From: Nitrospinales bacterium
GTDB lineage: Bacteria > Nitrospinota > Nitrospinia > Nitrospinales > JAJDAT01
Assembly: GCA_046757665.1 (NCBI GenBank)
Contig: JBHHYO010000020.1
Coordinates: forward strand, 1-36,228
DNA length: 36,228 nt
Direction: 5' to 3'
The translations under genes and the position numbers were made by a program. How positions within the stretch are numbered: the first letter of the stretch is position 1; each line of letters starts with the position of its first letter. Under the pieces are notes generated by a model. That model was given only the letters and a program-made list of their open reading frames with translations. It ran no database searches and had not been told where the DNA came from. Shown here piece after piece: positions 1 to 9,532 of this stretch.

Positions 1-23
1 TTCCTCATGGATTAAAATAAAGT

Positions 24-305
24 ATGTCGACCCGGCTTTTTGATTTGCTTTGCGGACAGTGCGGCGGTCATGTTGTCTTGTACCGTAAAGAGGGGTCGGG
101 GAATTTATTGAGGCTTTATCTGGACAGAATTCTCGCGCCGGAAGAAATATCCGGATTGATACAACCGCTTGCGAAATCCAAACTCCCTTCCTTGACTTGC
201 TCCGAATGTGGTCAGCTTATTGGCGTCCCCATGGCGCACGGCAAGAAGAACCGGCCCGCCTTTCGTCTGATCAAAGGTGCATTCCGCAAAAAAGAAAAGA
301 AATGA
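24..305 (+). CDS. Small zinc-ribbon-like hypothetical protein
   Basis: 93 aa with two CxxCG pairs (CGQCG, CSECG) and a basic C-terminus; convergent with the next gene. Confidence 0.7.
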   Translation: MSTRLFDLLCGQCGGHVVLYRKEGSGNLLRLYLDRILAPEEISGLIQPLAKSKLPSLTCSECGQLIGVPMAHGKKNRPAFRLIKGAFRKKEKK

Positions 306-320
306 TGTTTTCCGTGTCTT

Positions 321-1286
321 CTAAAACGGCCAAAATTTGGCGGATTTTTTTTTGTGGAGAAGGATGGCGACGGGCTCTTTTTCATAAACCGGCGGATAAT
401 CGCGCAAGGAAACTAAAAAACCTCCATTCGCCGGGGCGATGATCTCCTCCAGTGTTTCGCCCGTGTACATATCCAGAATGCCGCCGATTTTTTGCCCCGG
501 TCGGAGAGTGACGCCGACTGGTGTTTCCGGGATGAACAAGCCTGCGTGGGTTGAGGTGAGCGTGATCTCGTTTTCCGGAGAATAAAAAGTTGCGTCGCAT
601 TTTTTTCCTCTTTCGCGGGAATGAGACAGCAAGCCCATGGCCAGCATCAGGTTGACCAGCCCGTTAAAAACGCTTTCGCAGTAGTTCCGGTTCAGGGAAC
701 CGATTTTGCCGGCGCTTATCATCAGAGAGGGAATGCCTTGTTCGGTCCACTGATGCAAAAGGTGGGTCTCGGGTAAATCCGAAACTTCGCGGACGGCGTC
801 AAGCCCAAGATGGCAGGCTGTTTTTTTTAGTCCGCGGTTGGGTCGAAGCAACTTTACATGCGGGGAGTCCTGGTAATGATTTGCGCCGCTCGAAAGTATG
901 ATGCCTTGGGCGGATTCTGCGGTGTGTTCAAGGATGGCGGCAGTCGCCTGTTCGCCGACCTCGCCACTTTCGTTTCCCGGAAAAGCCAGGTTCAGGTCCA
1001 ATTCGTCAAAAGGCCAGTTGCGGGTGCCGGACTGGGTGGCTCCAAAATTCACCACGGGAACAATCCGCACCTTGCCTTGGAGACGGTACTCCTTTTCCTT
1101 GCCTGCCGCTAGGGAGCGAAGGAATCGGCTAAGGCGCGCGGTGATGTAAAATCCGTTGATCTCGTTGCCGTGTAATCCGCCGACAATGGACAGAGTTTCG
1201 TCCAAGGCTCCCCCGTCCCAGGTACTATGGTACAGAGTGATGGAACCACCCATGGGAGATGGAATGGAGAGCAGGATTTTTTTCAT
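321..1286 (-). CDS. Succinylglutamate desuccinylase/aspartoacylase (M14) family protein, degenerate paralog
   Basis: GGLHGNE motif and C-terminal biotinyl/lipoyl-like HAGLF..PA.GG domain. Start set at the ATG at 1286, which overlaps the upstream TGA (ATGA), rather than at 1415. Confidence 0.85.
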   Translation of the reverse strand: MKKILLSIPSPMGGSITLYHSTWDGGALDETLSIVGGLHGNEINGFYITARLSRFLRSLAAGKEKEYRLQGKVRIVPVVNFGATQSGTRNWPFDELDLNLAFPGNESGEVGEQATAAILEHTAESAQGIILSSGANHYQDSPHVKLLRPNRGLKKTACHLGLDAVREVSDLPETHLLHQWTEQGIPSLMISAGKIGSLNRNYCESVFNGLVNLMLAMGLLSHSRERGKKCDATFYSPENEITLTSTHAGLFIPETPVGVTLRPGQKIGGILDMYTGETLEEIIAPANGGFLVSLRDYPPVYEKEPVAILLHKKKSAKFWPF

Positions 1287-2266
1287 TTTGGTTCGGCGTT
1301 TTTTGTGGCGATCCTGGCCAGGATTGCGCCCGAATAAGCCAGGGGAAGCTCTCTCAAAGTGAAAATAAAACCGTTGGCCGGGCTTTTTAACTCTTCCAAG
1401 ACGGTTCCGTGGCAAGGATCCACTACCTCGCCGAGCGTTTCTCCTTGCCGGATGTTTTGGCCGAGCGCCGCCCGCTTGATAAACAATCCGGGATGCTTTG
1501 CGTTGACGACGACGACCTGCTCCGGCCCGGCCAGCAGAGGATTTTTAACGGCGGGCGGGCCGCTTTTGCCCAGGTCCAGAATGCCGAGATGATGCAAAAA
1601 ATGAAGAATGCCGGAAAAAATCTGCTCGCCGGCGGCGGGTATCAGGCGCAGGCCGGTACCGGCTTCTATTACCAGCGTGGGAATCTTGCGCCGGTTTAAA
1701 TTGTAACTCAAGGTTGACTCGAATACCTTGGCCATGGGATGCACCCAGATGAGGTCCACGTTGCATTGTCTGGCCAGGGGAATCAGCTTTTTGTCGAACT
1801 TGCGGATGATGCGGATTTGCGGCGCTTCCTGCAAGTGCAGGTTGCCGGCATGAAAATCTACTACGAGGTCCGAACAGGAAATCAGGTCCTCCAAAAACCG
1901 GCGGCTGAAATGGGAGGGGAGCGAGGCTCCGCTCCGACCGCCGAACTGACGGTTCATGTCCTGACCGAAAAAAGGCCAAAGGCGCGTGGCGTCGCCAATG
2001 GCTTGCGGGTTTGCGGCAGGATAAATGTTGACCGCTCCCTTGATGGCTTGTGGGCGGGTCTGTTCCAGCTCGCGCAGGTAACGGATCAGTCGTGAGCAGA
2101 GGGACACTCCTTCCAGTTCGTCGCCATGGAGACCCGCAACCAGGGAAACCCGCTTGACGGGCCGGCCGGAAAACGGCGCGAAACTTTGCTTGACGATTTG
2201 GAAGGAATGGCTCAGCGGGCTTTTATACGATAGGAGCGTCCGTGTTTGCAAGCGGCTCTTCCTCAA
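1283..2266 (-). CDS. Succinylglutamate desuccinylase/aspartoacylase (M14) family metallohydrolase
   Basis: AGLHGDE, DMNRQF, DFHAG and IEAG motifs; TTG start overlaps the ntrC stop (TTGA). Confidence 0.88.
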   Translation of the reverse strand: MRKSRLQTRTLLSYKSPLSHSFQIVKQSFAPFSGRPVKRVSLVAGLHGDELEGVSLCSRLIRYLRELEQTRPQAIKGAVNIYPAANPQAIGDATRLWPFFGQDMNRQFGGRSGASLPSHFSRRFLEDLISCSDLVVDFHAGNLHLQEAPQIRIIRKFDKKLIPLARQCNVDLIWVHPMAKVFESTLSYNLNRRKIPTLVIEAGTGLRLIPAAGEQIFSGILHFLHHLGILDLGKSGPPAVKNPLLAGPEQVVVVNAKHPGLFIKRAALGQNIRQGETLGEVVDPCHGTVLEELKSPANGFIFTLRELPLAYSGAILARIATKNAEPK

Positions 2267-3726
2267 TCCCCGGACAACGAATCCTTGCCTTCGGCGCCGC
2301 GTGGCTTGCTTCGCAGATTCATCGCGTCCATTTTCCGCTTCAACGTATTGCGGTTGATGCCCAAGGCCTTGGCGGCCGCGGCCTGATTGCCGGAATATTT
2401 TTCCAGGATGATTTGAAACAGGAGTTTTTCCAGAGACTGAATCAAACGGTCGTACAATTCACCGTCTTCGGCCCAGTCGTTTTGATATTCCCGGAGCAGG
2501 TGCTCCAGCTTGTGTTCCCACAGCGCGGCGGGATCATCCGGGGTTGTCCTGCCTTCAAAAAAATGCTCCGGCAGGTGTTCGGGAAGAATCGGCCCGCGGG
2601 AGGCAAGAACCATTCCGCGCTTGATTACATTTTCCAGTTCGCGGATGTTTCCCCGCCAGGAATAATTTTTCAAGGCCTTCTCCACTTCCGGCGAGAGATA
2701 AATTTTTTCCTCCGTCAACTCTCCGGAGAGCTTGTTTAAAAAATGGTTTGCCAGCAGGGGCACGTCTTCCAGCCGTTCCCGGAGCGGTGGCAGATAAATC
2801 TGGATGACGTTCAGGCGATGAAAGAGGTCTTCCCGGAACTGGTTGCGCTCCATCAATTCTTCAAGATGCTGATTCGTGGCGGCAATGACCCTGACGTTTA
2901 CCCGAATCGGTTCCTTTCCGCCCACGCGGTAGAACTCGTTGTTTTGCAGTACTCGGAGGATTTTGGCCTGTAGCTGGATTTCCATATCGCCGATTTCGTC
3001 CAGGAATACGGTGCCTTCATTGGCCAGTTCGAACTTGCCGCTTTTTCTTTCCACCGCGCCGGTGAAGGCGCCTTTTTCATGTCCGAACAACTCCGACTCC
3101 AGGAGTTCCCTGGCGATGGCGGCGCAGTTGATGCAAATAAAGGGCTTGGTGGCCCGTTTAGAATAATGATGGATGGCTCGGGCCACCATTTCCTTTCCCG
3201 TTCCGCTTTCCCCGGTAATTAATACCGCCAGGTCGGACACGGCGGACTTGCCGATGGTCTTGAAAACCGCTTGCATACTTTTGGATTTGCCGATAATGGT
3301 GTCGATGGCAAAATCTTCCGGTTTCGGTTTCGGTTCCGATTGGGGAGCCTGGATTTTTTCGCTTGCCGCCGCCTTGTCGACCAGGGCGTAAATTTCATCG
3401 AAATCAAAAGGCTTGCTGATGTAGTCATAGGCGCCCTTGCGCATGGCCTCTATGGTGTTGTTCATGGTGTCCTGGGCGGTCATGACGACGACCTTGGGCG
3501 GGTTATCCAGGGGTTTGAGCCGCTCCAGCAGTTCCAGTCCGCTCATCCCGTCCATAAAGATGTCGGAAAAGACAAGCAAATACCGATTGCGGTCGATTTT
3601 TGCCATGGCTTCTTCTCCGCTGGCGGCGGTGTGAACTACAAACCGCTTTTTTTCGAGAGCCTTCTTGAAGACCCAGCGGATATTTTCCTCGTCGTCGATA
3701 ACCAGAATTTTTTTCTGCATGTTCAA
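2263..3726 (-). CDS. ntrC: Sigma-54-dependent response regulator NtrC (GlnG)
   Basis: Receiver domain (VIDDE..SDIFM), Walker A GESGTGKE, GAFTGA, FLDEIGD, and C-terminal HTH NQAAAAKALGINRNTLKRK typical of NtrC. Confidence 0.9.
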   Translation of the reverse strand: MNMQKKILVIDDEENIRWVFKKALEKKRFVVHTAASGEEAMAKIDRNRYLLVFSDIFMDGMSGLELLERLKPLDNPPKVVVMTAQDTMNNTIEAMRKGAYDYISKPFDFDEIYALVDKAAASEKIQAPQSEPKPKPEDFAIDTIIGKSKSMQAVFKTIGKSAVSDLAVLITGESGTGKEMVARAIHHYSKRATKPFICINCAAIARELLESELFGHEKGAFTGAVERKSGKFELANEGTVFLDEIGDMEIQLQAKILRVLQNNEFYRVGGKEPIRVNVRVIAATNQHLEELMERNQFREDLFHRLNVIQIYLPPLRERLEDVPLLANHFLNKLSGELTEEKIYLSPEVEKALKNYSWRGNIRELENVIKRGMVLASRGPILPEHLPEHFFEGRTTPDDPAALWEHKLEHLLREYQNDWAEDGELYDRLIQSLEKLLFQIILEKYSGNQAAAAKALGINRNTLKRKMDAMNLRSKPRGAEGKDSLSGD

Positions 3727-4997
3727 TCTCTTTTCCCGCGGGGGCGTTCCTGTCGAACCGGAATAAAAACCTGAACGGCAGTCCCCGCGGATTTGCGGGA
3801 CACGATTCTTATTTTACCGAGATGATCCTCAATAATCTTCAAGGAAATAGGCAGGCCCAGGCCACTGCCTTTTTTCTTTGTTGTGTAGAAGGGCGTGAAG
3901 AGATTTTTTTGCTCCTCTTCGGAAATGCCCGGCCCGCAATCGGTGATTTCGACGACAATGTGCATCTCGGTACTGCCATGGCTAAGCGATTTGCGGGGAT
4001 ATTCGTTGCTGATTCGGGTGATCACCCAGATTTTTCCACCATCCGGGGAAGCTTCCGCCGCATTGCGTATCAGGTTGAGAAAAACCTGTTTTAACTTGTC
4101 CTCATCGGCTTCGATCAGAGGGAGGCTGGGATCGTAATCCTGAATAAATTCGCATCGCTTGGCGGTCAGGGTATTTTTTTCCAGGGTGATGATTTCCTCC
4201 AGAATTTCATGGATGTTGGTTTCCTCCAGTTTTAGCTTTTGCGGCTGGGCGAAATCCAGCATATGTTTTACCATACGATTGATGCGGTCCACCTCGTTAA
4301 TCACAACCTCCAGATACTCGCGGAATTCCGGGTTGTTCAACTCGCTACGCAGTAACTGCGCGGAGCCGCGAATACCTCCCAGCGGATTTTTGATCTCATG
4401 TGCCATTCCCAGCGCCAGTACGCCAAGGGTGGACATGTGATCCGACTGCCGGGTCGCTTCTTCCAAATCCTTCAACAAGCTCATGTCCCTGACGAGTACG
4501 ACACAGCCTTCAATAGAGGCCGACGACCCCAGGTAGGGGGATAATGTCAGGTGAACCGGGAACGTGGCGCCCTTGACTTTCCTGTAGCCGAGACATTCCA
4601 CATCACAAAAGGACGAGCCGTCGCAAATGGTTGCCCGGATTTTGTCGAGGACGGAGGGTTGGTTCGGGAACAGATCGGTTAGTGGGTGGCCTTCAAAAAA
4701 GTCGTGGGACTGCCCAAACATCTCCTCGATAGCCAGGTTGCCGCGGACGATTTTCAGTTCGTTGGAAACGAGCAGTATCCCTTCGATCAGGGAATAAACG
4801 ATATTTCGATAGAGGTCCCCATCAGGCGTTGCCGGGGCTGTCTGCGAAGGCAGGCGAGGTCTTCGGAGTGGTTCAGGTTTTCTTTTTCCCTTGGGAACAG
4901 GGGGCTTTTGCGTTTGATTTTTTTTCAAGAGGGTTTGGTTTGGATGAAGATTTGGCTTCGGGTGTCCTGTTCGGTTGGGATGCGGTGCTTTCGGCAT
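3723..4997 (-). CDS. ntrB: PAS-domain sensor histidine kinase NtrB (GlnL); start uncertain
   Basis: MAHEIKNPLGGIRGSAQLL H-box, NLIRNA N-box, FTPFYTTK and GSGLGL boxes; overlaps ntrC by 4 nt. The first ~50 aa are low complexity and overlap the upstream gene. Confidence 0.88.
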   Translation of the reverse strand: MPKAPHPNRTGHPKPNLHPNQTLLKKNQTQKPPVPKGKRKPEPLRRPRLPSQTAPATPDGDLYRNIVYSLIEGILLVSNELKIVRGNLAIEEMFGQSHDFFEGHPLTDLFPNQPSVLDKIRATICDGSSFCDVECLGYRKVKGATFPVHLTLSPYLGSSASIEGCVVLVRDMSLLKDLEEATRQSDHMSTLGVLALGMAHEIKNPLGGIRGSAQLLRSELNNPEFREYLEVVINEVDRINRMVKHMLDFAQPQKLKLEETNIHEILEEIITLEKNTLTAKRCEFIQDYDPSLPLIEADEDKLKQVFLNLIRNAAEASPDGGKIWVITRISNEYPRKSLSHGSTEMHIVVEITDCGPGISEEEQKNLFTPFYTTKKKGSGLGLPISLKIIEDHLGKIRIVSRKSAGTAVQVFIPVRQERPRGKRD

Positions 4998-5256
4998 GGG
5001 AGTGAGCCGCTTGCGGACTGGCGGCTTTCGAGTCCGCCTCGATCCCTTTTTTCCTGGATTCCGAAGGATAGTCCGTCGCGTACCAGCCGGACCCCTTCAA
5101 AATAAACCCGGCCGCGGAAACCAGGCGGCGCACCTTGCCGTTGGCCCGGCCGTTGCAACCGGCTCCCATGCAGGTTTTCAGAGGTTTGGCGGAGACCGCC
5201 TGCATCATCTCAAAAACAACGCCGCACTTCTGGCACTCGTATTCGTAAATCGGCAT
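4873..5256 (-). CDS. FmdB-family zinc ribbon putative regulatory protein
   Basis: MPIYEYECQKCG...C..C...LKGSGWYATDY signature; GAAAGGGG upstream of the ATG. Confidence 0.88.
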   Translation of the reverse strand: MPIYEYECQKCGVVFEMMQAVSAKPLKTCMGAGCNGRANGKVRRLVSAAGFILKGSGWYATDYPSESRKKGIEADSKAASPQAAHSHAESTASQPNRTPEAKSSSKPNPLEKKSNAKAPCSQGKKKT

Positions 5257-5371
5257 AAATGGCCCCTTTCTCGTGTGATCGTCGTGTGCTCTGCTCTATA
5301 TAAAATAAAATGAAAAAATCCGCATGCAAGGTGTCCGGTAAATTTTTCCCGGACAAATCGCTGACCGGAAA

Positions 5372-6304
5372 TCAGGCGCTTGGGGGATAAACCTCGGTCA
5401 ACCACTTTTTAAAAGCGGGATTTTTCCCTCGGACGGCGTCAAAAAAGGTTTTTTGAATGGTATCCGCAATTTCCCCCTTTTTGCCGTTGCCGATCATTCG
5501 CCCATCAATTTCCCGCACCGGCGTAACCTCTGCGGCGGTGCCGGTCAGGAAAACCTCGTCGGCAATGTAAAGTTCGTCGCGGGTGATTACGGTTTCCTTC
5601 AGCTCGATTTTCAGAAATTGACAGATTTCCATGATCGAATTGCGGGTGATACCCTCCAAATTGGCGCAGAAGAGGGAAGGGGTCTTCAATACGCCTTTGG
5701 AATAAACAAAAATATTTTCTCCGGACCCCTCGGAAACGTATCCCTGCTGGTCTAACAAGATCGCTTCGTCGTAACCGTCCCGGACCGCCTCGGCTTTTGC
5801 CAGGATCGAATTGACATAATATCCGCAGGTCTTGGCCTTGGTCATGCTGATGTTGATGTGGTGGCGGGTAAAGGAGGATATCCTGACGCGAATTCCCTTG
5901 TCCAAACCGTCTTCTCCCAAATAGGTTCCCCAGGGCCAGGCCGCAATGGCGACACGAACATCCACACCTGCCGGATTGAGGCCCATTTTATTGCTTCCCA
6001 AAAAAACAATGGGGCGGATATAGCATTCTTCCAGTTGGTTGACGACAATCAGTTTGAGAATGTTGTCGGTAATTTCCCTGGGCGAATAGGGAATGTCGAT
6101 GCCCATGATTTGAGCGGAATCGAACAGCCGGTCCACATGCTCGGGAAGCCGGAAAACGGCGGACTTCTTGTCATGGGTCTGATAACAGCGAATGCCCTCA
6201 AAGACGCCGAGGCCGTAGTGCAGGGTGTGAGTCAGAACGTGAACGTTGGCTTCGTGCCAGGGAAGCAACTTTCCGTCCATCCAGATTGTTTCGGATTTTT
6301 CCAA
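5372..6304 (-). CDS. ilvE: Branched-chain amino acid aminotransferase
   Basis: LHYGLGVFEGIR, YIRP, KAK PLP lysine, EGSGEN, LEGITR and GTAAEV motifs. Start set at the TTG at 6304; the ORF extension to 6373 runs into promoter DNA. Confidence 0.95.
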   Translation of the reverse strand: MEKSETIWMDGKLLPWHEANVHVLTHTLHYGLGVFEGIRCYQTHDKKSAVFRLPEHVDRLFDSAQIMGIDIPYSPREITDNILKLIVVNQLEECYIRPIVFLGSNKMGLNPAGVDVRVAIAAWPWGTYLGEDGLDKGIRVRISSFTRHHINISMTKAKTCGYYVNSILAKAEAVRDGYDEAILLDQQGYVSEGSGENIFVYSKGVLKTPSLFCANLEGITRNSIMEICQFLKIELKETVITRDELYIADEVFLTGTAAEVTPVREIDGRMIGNGKKGEIADTIQKTFFDAVRGKNPAFKKWLTEVYPPSA

Positions 6305-6350
6305 GGGTTGCGCGGTAAAAGTTAAACAGGTAATAATTGATTTTATTTTA

Positions 6351-6379
6351 TTGACCCCCCCCTCTAAAATCAAGATAAT
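6351..6379 (+). promoter_or_regulatory. Candidate sigma70 promoter P1 for the tRNA pair
   Basis: TTGACC (6351-6356), 17 nt spacer, GATAAT (6374-6379), with an AT-rich upstream tract. Confidence 0.5.
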
Positions 6380-6386
6380 AAATTGA

Positions 6387-6415
6387 TTGACAGGCGAAAG
6401 CGGGTTTGATAGCTT
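6387..6415 (+). promoter_or_regulatory. Candidate sigma70 promoter P2 for the tRNA pair
   Basis: TTGACA (6387-6392), 17 nt spacer, TG-n-TAGCTT (6410-6415), 22 nt before tRNA-Lys. Confidence 0.6.
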
Positions 6416-6437
6416 TGAACCCTTTTGTATAAAGTGG

Positions 6438-6513
6438 GGGCCGCTAGCTCAGTTGGTAGAGCAACGCCCTTTTAAGGCGTGGGTCGAAGGTTCGAGCCCT
6501 TCGCGGCTCACCA
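6438..6513 (+). tRNA. tRNA-Lys(UUU)
   Basis: GGGCCGC/GCGGCTC acceptor stem, anticodon arm ACGCC-CTTTTAA-GGCGT, GGTTCGAG T-loop, encoded CCA; 76 nt. Confidence 0.97.
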
Positions 6514-6535
6514 CCCTCTTTGGAAGAATCGCTAT

Positions 6536-6610
6536 GTCCCCATCGTCTAGCCCGGCCCAGGACACCGGCCTTTCACGCCGGCGACGCGGGTTCGAATCCC
6601 GCTGGGGACG
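6536..6610 (+). tRNA. tRNA-Glu(UUC)
   Basis: GTCCCCA/TGGGGAC acceptor stem, anticodon arm CCGGC-CTTTCAC-GCCGG, GGTTCGAATCC T-arm; CCA not encoded. Confidence 0.96.
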
Positions 6611-6708
6611 CTGGATTCTAAAGAAATCCCAGGTGTCTTTGAAAAATCAACCGCCATTTGCCAACAACTGGCCAACAGATTTCACAATCGACCCACTAAA
6701 AGCTTTCG

Positions 6709-8445
6709 ATGCCTGCCTCTGATAAGGAGGGAGGGAACGAGGCCGCAAATTTGAGCGTCACAAATTCCTCCCCACAGTCCAATTTTATCCGCAACATCAT
6801 TCAGGAAGATTTAGGGACCAATAAATACGGCGGGCGGGTGCATACGCGCTTCCCGCCGGAACCCAACGGTTTTCTCCACATCGGACATGCCAAATCCATT
6901 TGCCTCAATTTCGGCGTCGCCGGAGAATTTGGCGGTTTGTGCAACCTTCGATTCGACGATACCAATCCAAGCAAGGAGGATGAGGGGTATGTGGAATCGA
7001 TCAAAAAAGATGTGCGGTGGCTTGGGTTCGACTGGCAGGACCGGTTGTTTTACGCATCCGATTACTTTGATCAACTGTGCGAATATGCCGTGCGATTAAT
7101 CAAGGACGGAAAGGCGTATGTGGATGATTTGAGCGGCGACGAAATTAGGGAGTACCGGGGTACGTTGACCCAGCCCGGACGGGAAAGCCCTTTCCGCAAT
7201 CGCTCCGTCGAGGAAAACCTGAACTTGTTCGAACGCATGAAAACGGGAGAGTTCGACGAGGGCACGCGGGTGTTGCGTGCAAAAATTGACATGGCATCAG
7301 GAAATCTGAACATGCGCGACCCCGTAATGTACCGCATTTTAAAAGCAACGCATCATCGAACCGGCGACAGATGGTGCATTTACCCCATGTATGACTTTAC
7401 CCATTGCCTTTCCGACTCGATCGAAGGCATAACGCATTCGATTTGCACCCTGGAATTTGAGGATCATCGTCCTTTGTATGACTGGTTTCTGGACGAGTTA
7501 CAAGTCTATCACCCCCAGCAGATCGAATTTGCCCGGTTGAACATCAGCTACATGTTGCTGAGCAAACGGAAGCTCCTGCAACTGGTCCGTGAGGGCCATG
7601 TCGGCGGGTGGGACGACCCGCGGATGCCGACCTTGTCGGGGATGCGGCGGCGTGGTTATACCCCGGAGTCCATCAGGGATTTTTGCGACCGCATCGGCGT
7701 TGCCAAAAGCAACAGCGTCATCGACATCGCCTTGTTGGAGCATTGTCTGCGGGAGGATTTGAACAAGCGTGCACGCCGCGTCATGGCTGTTTTGCGTCCG
7801 TTGCGGGTGGTTATCGACAATTATCCGGAGAGCATGGTGGAAGAACTGGAGGCCGTGAACAATCCCGAAGACCCCGCCATGGGCACAAGAACGATTCCCT
7901 TTTCACGGGTTCTGTATATCGAGAAGGACGATTTCCTGGAGGACCCGCCGAAAAAATTCTTCCGCCTGGCGCCGGGACGTGAAGTGCGCCTGAAACATGC
8001 CTACATTATCAAGTGCGAACGGGTGGTCAAGGATGAGCAAACCGGCGAAGTGGTCGAACTGCGGTGTACCTACGATCCAGAAACGAAAAGCGGCTCATCT
8101 CAAGAAGGACGCAAGGTCAAGGGAACACTGCACTGGGTTTCCGCCGACCATGCCCACAAGGCCGAAGTCCGGCTTTACGATCACCTTTTCCTGAAAGAAA
8201 ACCCGGGCGACGAAAGGGAATGCCCCGACCTGGCGTCCGGGCTCAATCCCGATTCGTTGCAGGTGTTGACGGATTGCCGGTTGGAGCCCTGCCTGGCGGG
8301 CGCCGTGCCGGGCGACAATTACCAGTTTTTGCGGTTGGGGTATTTCTGTGTCGATGCCGTCGATTCGACAACCGACCGTCCGGTGTTCAATCGAGCCGTG
8401 ACCCTGCGGGACACCTGGGCGAAGATCGTGAAAGGAAAGAAATAA
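6709..8445 (+). CDS. glnS: Glutamine--tRNA ligase
   Basis: [41 protein letters not shown] and FLRLGYF motifs. True start may be the TTG at 6751. Confidence 0.97.
   Translation: MPASDKEGGNEAANLSVTNSSPQSNFIRNIIQEDLGTNKYGGRVHTRFPPEPNGFLHIGHAKSICLNFGVAGEFGGLCNLRFDDTNPSKEDEGYVESIKKDVRWLGFDWQDRLFYASDYFDQLCEYAVRLIKDGKAYVDDLSGDEIREYRGTLTQPGRESPFRNRSVEENLNLFERMKTGEFDEGTRVLRAKIDMASGNLNMRDPVMYRILKATHHRTGDRWCIYPMYDFTHCLSDSIEGITHSICTLEFEDHRPLYDWFLDELQVYHPQQIEFARLNISYMLLSKRKLLQLVREGHVGGWDDPRMPTLSGMRRRGYTPESIRDFCDRIGVAKSNSVIDIALLEHCLREDLNKRARRVMAVLRPLRVVIDNYPESMVEELEAVNNPEDPAMGTRTIPFSRVLYIEKDDFLEDPPKKFFRLAPGREVRLKHAYIIKCERVVKDEQTGEVVELRCTYDPETKSGSSQEGRKVKGTLHWVSADHAHKAEVRLYDHLFLKENPGDERECPDLASGLNPDSLQVLTDCRLEPCLAGAVPGDNYQFLRLGYFCVDAVDSTTDRPVFNRAVTLRDTWAKIVKGKK
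8371..8442 (+). repeat. Direct repeat copy 1 (3' end of glnS)
   Basis: 72 nt ACCGACCGTCCGG...GGAAAGAAA matching 9766-9837 except for one base. Confidence 0.95.
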
Positions 8446-8477
8446 AGCGTAAAAAAATATGTCCCATACTTTGGAGC

Positions 8478-9532
8478 TTATTCGGATGTCTGGGCTATTT
8501 TTTTTGCCAGTCGGTCGGCAATGATCTTGTAACCCTGCTCATTCGGATGAATGCCGTCATGCATCATTAATGATTCGTCGAAAGCGATATCGGGAAATTC
8601 GACCAAATATGCTTGTCCATATCCCGCCACGACAGTTTTGAGCAGGGAATTATAAAAATTGTGTACTTGGGGAATATACCGGGTTGGGATCAGGTGGTCT
8701 TTGTTTATTTTCGTTATGTGAGTTCCCATCGGCGCCGAGATTAGATATATCTTCATTTGATGTTGTAGTGCGGTTTCGATAATCCCTCTGATGTTGTCAA
8801 CATAGTAACGAGGAGGGACTCTTAGATGATCAGCAATTCCTCCAGCGACTTTGGCGAAATGGGCGACTCGTATTTTTTCGGCGGATAAATCTGATATTGG
8901 AGCCATTGGTATATTCTGAGCTTGGAAAACAAGCGGTGAACGAACAGATCGAACTGGCTTAATTGTTTAAACTTGTTGTCCACCTCCCCGTAAGTTAACC
9001 AGTGATCATTCCAGTTGAAATAGGCCACAATAATATCAGGCTTGTATTTCATCAGCTCGAGGAAATAGAGGTATCCTTGGTAAGTTGAGTATCCCCCCAC
9101 CCCTGCTATAAGGGGCTCCGCTTCGACATTATACCTGTCATCTAATGTTGCAATGGTTTTTTCCGGGTAATGGTCTTTTCCCGCATTCGTGCATGAATCT
9201 CCCAAGAAAAGAATGCGCTTCACGCCTTGTATGTTTTTTATGGGAAGAAGCTTGCCCTGATACCCCTCAGAATTGATTTTTCCAAAATTGGGTTTTGCCG
9301 CCCACATCCGGGTAGGATGAGGCGTGAATTTTTGATGGGTTCTGAATTTTTCCTGCCACTCGATATAAGAGTCGATGAAGTTTTGTTTCATCTCCCTTGG
9401 AAACCGCGAATAATTAAAATCCGCAAGCATCAAAGCGATTTCCAGTATGGAAGAAAACAAAACGACGGCAATCAGGCTAAAGGTTATTTGTTTTCCTAAA
9501 CCGGAGGTGGAATCTTGGGGTTTTTTTGACAT
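8478..9532 (-). pseudogene. Membrane-anchored SGNH/GDSL hydrolase split by a frameshift near 8822-8832
   Basis: ORF 8822-9532 carries an N-terminal TM helix, LGDS, GVGGYST and NWND blocks. ORF 8478-8906 carries RVP and the DGIHPN catalytic His block in another frame. Confidence 0.8.

Noticed and set aside
1287-1415. N-terminal extension of the M14b ORF
   Set aside because: It overlaps the upstream gene; the ATGA-coupled start at 1286 is more plausible.
6588-6610. tRNA-Glu 3' end as an island attachment site
   Set aside because: No second copy of the tRNA 3' end and no integrase were seen in the window.
6387-6722. 111-aa ORF
   Set aside because: It runs across two tRNA genes and their promoter.
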